A stretch of DNA of 64,000 bases from Alloascoidea hylecoeti (taxonomy: Eukaryota): positions 434,001 to 498,000 of the forward strand of contig BCKZ01000004.1 of the NCBI GenBank assembly GCA_001600815.1, written 5' to 3'. The translations under genes were made by a program, and so were the position numbers. Shown one piece after another: positions 61,201-64,000 of the stretch (position 1 is the stretch's first letter; each line of letters begins with the position of its first letter). Under the pieces are notes generated by a model. It did no database searches. It saw only the letters and a list, made by a program, of their open reading frames with translations, and was not told the origin of the DNA.

Positions 61201-61675
61201 TTATAAAGTTAATTCGATGTAGTGAAGATGATGAATTTGGTAATAGGAATCAAAAACCGTATACGTTTAAGTACATTAAAAAAGAGTGACTTCAGATTAT
61301 AATGTTGTTCTTATCATCATTATTGTAATTAAAGAATACGAAGCTTTGTGATTATGTTGAAAATACAGACTGTTGGTTATTGCTTTTTTTCTGAAGTTAA
61401 ATACATCTCGATAATCATTTAATTCCTTTTAGAAGTAGGAATATTCTAGCTTCGATGGTATCCAATATTTTTCTTTGCATTTCAGTTTATTTGGCTACAT
61501 TTGTTTCCAACTATTCCTTCATTGTTGTAGATTTGATTCCTTCCATTCATCATTCTTCATCATCTTAAACCAATTTAATTTAATTTATTCAAAATAAAAT
61601 AAAACATACTCTCTTGTGTAAGTTGATTGTGTACTCACGAGTAACAACGTCGTTTAAAGCGTTTTTGCCGGCCAT
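60847..61675 (-). CDS. RPL31: 60S ribosomal protein L31 (eL31), 2 exons
   Basis: Exons 61675-61610 and 61128-60847, 481-bp GTATGT..CTAAC..TAG intron; [35 protein letters not shown]; 115 aa. Not captured by the ORF track. Confidence 0.97.
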
Positions 61676-61826
61676 TTTTTTGTATGTTTAATTGTTGATG
61701 TTGCCAATTACGTCTTTCAATCCAAAATCTGGTTCTGAGATTTGGAGGTGGTCGGTATACAATATACGCTTCAGAAAACCACGAGGAGAATAGTTGAGGA
61801 CGATTGCCTTCCAAAATGAGAAATGG

Positions 61827-61857
61827 CAGTCACAATAACAAAGTATATTGTCACGTG
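61827..61857. promoter_or_regulatory. Homol-D box and Cbf1 site in the RPL31 promoter
   Basis: CAGTCACA (61827-61834) and GTCACGTG (61850-61857), about 150-180 bp upstream of the ATG. Confidence 0.6.
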
Positions 61858-62269
61858 CGTATTCATAATAAATGTCTAGCTTTGGTGGTGTATTAATTAT
61901 AATGATTTCACACAATTTGAGCTCTGGCGGTACTATATTTCAATTTCAACTACAACTAAGAATTCAAAATAATATTATAAATATAATCGGTTTAAACAGA
62001 ACATTTTAGGTAAAATGATAACAATCAATGATATAATATTATAAATAGTATTAATAGCACAAATTAAACAAGAAATATGAACTTTTAAAAAAACTAATTA
62101 TAAAATAAACAGTCAAAAAAATAAAAAATAAAATTAAGAACAATATACGAAAAAGGTTGTGTTTGAGAATTAATTAAATGATCATGAGTAAATAATTTTT
62201 TAAAAAAAAGGAACAAATATAAAGATTTATAATGTTAGTGTTAATGTTTAGTACTTATAATAATTATGA

Positions 62270-63590
62270 TCAACTCAATAATGATTTTAAAGATATTTGT
62301 GTTGGTGATTTTGAAGTTCGATTATTTGACTGAACCTGTGATATATTTGGAGAATTTTGATGTGTATGTGTTTGAGATTGTTGTTGTTGAGGTTTTGGTA
62401 ATAAAACTGGTAAATGCTTCCCATTATCTTTAAACTCATTTGAAGTTGAAGGAGTAGAAGGTGTTGTTGATAATATATTTACACCATTTGTTGTGTTTGG
62501 AGCAATTTTAGAATCTTTACTTGGTGTTTGATTATTTGACTTTGAATCTTTTTCTTTGGTCACTTTTTTTGATTTCCTTTGACTACTGTCTTTTCCGCTT
62601 TCTCTTCTTTTGCTATTATTATTATTATTGTTATTATTGCTATTGTTTTTACCACCACTACTATTACCACTTCCTTTACTATTATTAATATTACTGACGT
62701 TATTACCACCTCTTGCTTTACCCCTCTTAATTGTACCATCAGCTCTTTCAATTCTTGGTTGTTGGCCTTCTTCAATTAATGGTCCCCAATAAACAAAAAA
62801 TCCATCTTTTGTTGCAGCCGCTTGTTCTTCCCACATTAATTCAGAATCATCTATAAAAGGATCATTTACATCATATTTCCCTTCAACTTTTCTTCTTTTT
62901 TTAGCTGGTTTGCTGTTACTATTATTATTAGTATTTGGATTATTATTCTTATTATTTGTATCATCAACGATAATATCATCATCATCATTATTTTCATTTT
63001 CATCATCGTAATCATCATCAACATCATTTAATAAATCTAATGCATATTTTGCATTTGGATGAACGGCATTCCAACCATATTTATCTTCAGCCATTTTCAT
63101 TACATTAATTATACGTTGATTTTTTGAATTTTCATCACTTGATGAATCATTAGTTGAAGATGGTTGTGGAATATCATTTAATGGAATATGTAATATAATA
63201 ATTGGTTGTTTATCATTATTCGAATTTGTTAAAGATTGCCTTAGTTGTTTTCTTTTTGATGATGATGTTCCTTTTTTTGATGTTTGTGGTTGTGTTTTTG
63301 GTGTGTTTTGATTTTGATTTTGATTTTGATTTTGATTTTGATTTTGATTTTGATTTGACTCCGTGTAATCATAACGTAAATTTGATGAATTTATAGGTGT
63401 AGAATCATTTGTTTTATGGGACTGAGATATATCATTTAGTGTAGGTGTTGACGCTTTTGGAGATAAAAGAGATGATATTGAAATGGCTTCTATTTATCAT
63501 TAATAAAAATAAATTTAAAAACAAATATAAATATAAAAAATAGAATATAAAAATGGTGAAGATATGTAAATATTTACCTCTGTTTGTCAT
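62270..63590 (-). CDS. HPC2: HIR complex subunit Hpc2, 2 exons
   Basis: Exons 63590-63578 and 63489-62270 (GTAAAT..TAG intron), open frame, 410 aa; ISISSLLS, IIILHIPL, MAEDKYGW and HUN domain KYDVNDPFIDDSE..KDGFFVYWGPL. Confidence 0.9.
63307..63356. repeat. (TTTTGA)n hexamer repeat encoding (NQ)n in HPC2
   Basis: Directly visible. Confidence 0.9.
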
Positions 63591-63900
63591 TTTCCCTGTT
63601 ATTCTATTTTAGACACAATAAGAAGTCAAACGATAAGATTCGAAGGGTGAAGCATTACAATTGGGAAATATTGTGGGAGGGTAACACATGGCAATCTACT
63701 TGGTTCACCAAGTGGGCGGAATTAAGTGAAATAGTCGACAAGTAGGTCGTGCGACTTTGAACTTCTAAAACATATTCTTCTTATATTAAAAGTATAAAAA
63801 TAAACAAAAAAAATCCATATATAAAAAAATCCATTCTAAATATCCATAACAAAATAGTTATAATATATAATTTAATGTTTCATTAAAAAAAACATTAACT

Positions 63901-64000
63901 TTAAAGAACATGAAATTCATCCTTTACAGCTTCAATCATTTCATCAATAGCATTAATCTTATTAATAATTGGTTTAAATAAATTATTTTCACCAATGGCA
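63901..64000 (-). CDS. 3' end of an unidentified gene running off the window
   Basis: Open frame AIGENNLFKPIINKINAIDEMIEAVKDEFHVL-stop with coding-like codon usage. Confidence 0.45.
   Translation of the reverse strand, partial: AIGENNLFKPIINKINAIDEMIEAVKDEFHVL

Noticed and set aside
61480..61565. ATGATGA/CTGA boxes in the RPL31 intron
   Set aside because: No antisense guide found; GTAGCCAAAT matches rRNA in the sense orientation, and there is no terminal stem.

Overview
AT-rich, intron-containing budding-yeast (Saccharomycotina-like) nuclear DNA; CTG sits at conserved Leu positions in the Gemin2-like gene, so the standard code appears to apply. About 19 protein genes are present: BUL1-like, NOC3, ATG28-like, KSP1-like kinase, a triple BED-finger protein, a YIM1/AST-like MDR oxidoreductase, an SDR, an MNN4/LicD protein, Gemin2/BRR1-like, TRL1, CRN1, a giant NUM1, a BTB protein, URA4, GOR1-like, LAM/YSP2-like, RPL31, HPC2 and one partial CDS. 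There is also an snR63-like box C/D snoRNA inside the intron of an apparently non-coding host. Main oddities: (1) the normally essential tRNA ligase TRL1 is split between the two HxT motifs of its phosphodiesterase domain by a 324-bp solo-LTR-like insertion with a 5-bp target-site duplication; (2) a hAT-derived, catalysis-free triple BED-finger gene has a long upstream inverted repeat, and the whole cassette is bracketed by degenerate direct repeats; (3) two decayed copies of one Tc1/mariner family; (4) higher-order repeat arrays in NUM1. All homology calls come from motif recognition by eye; no database searches were run.
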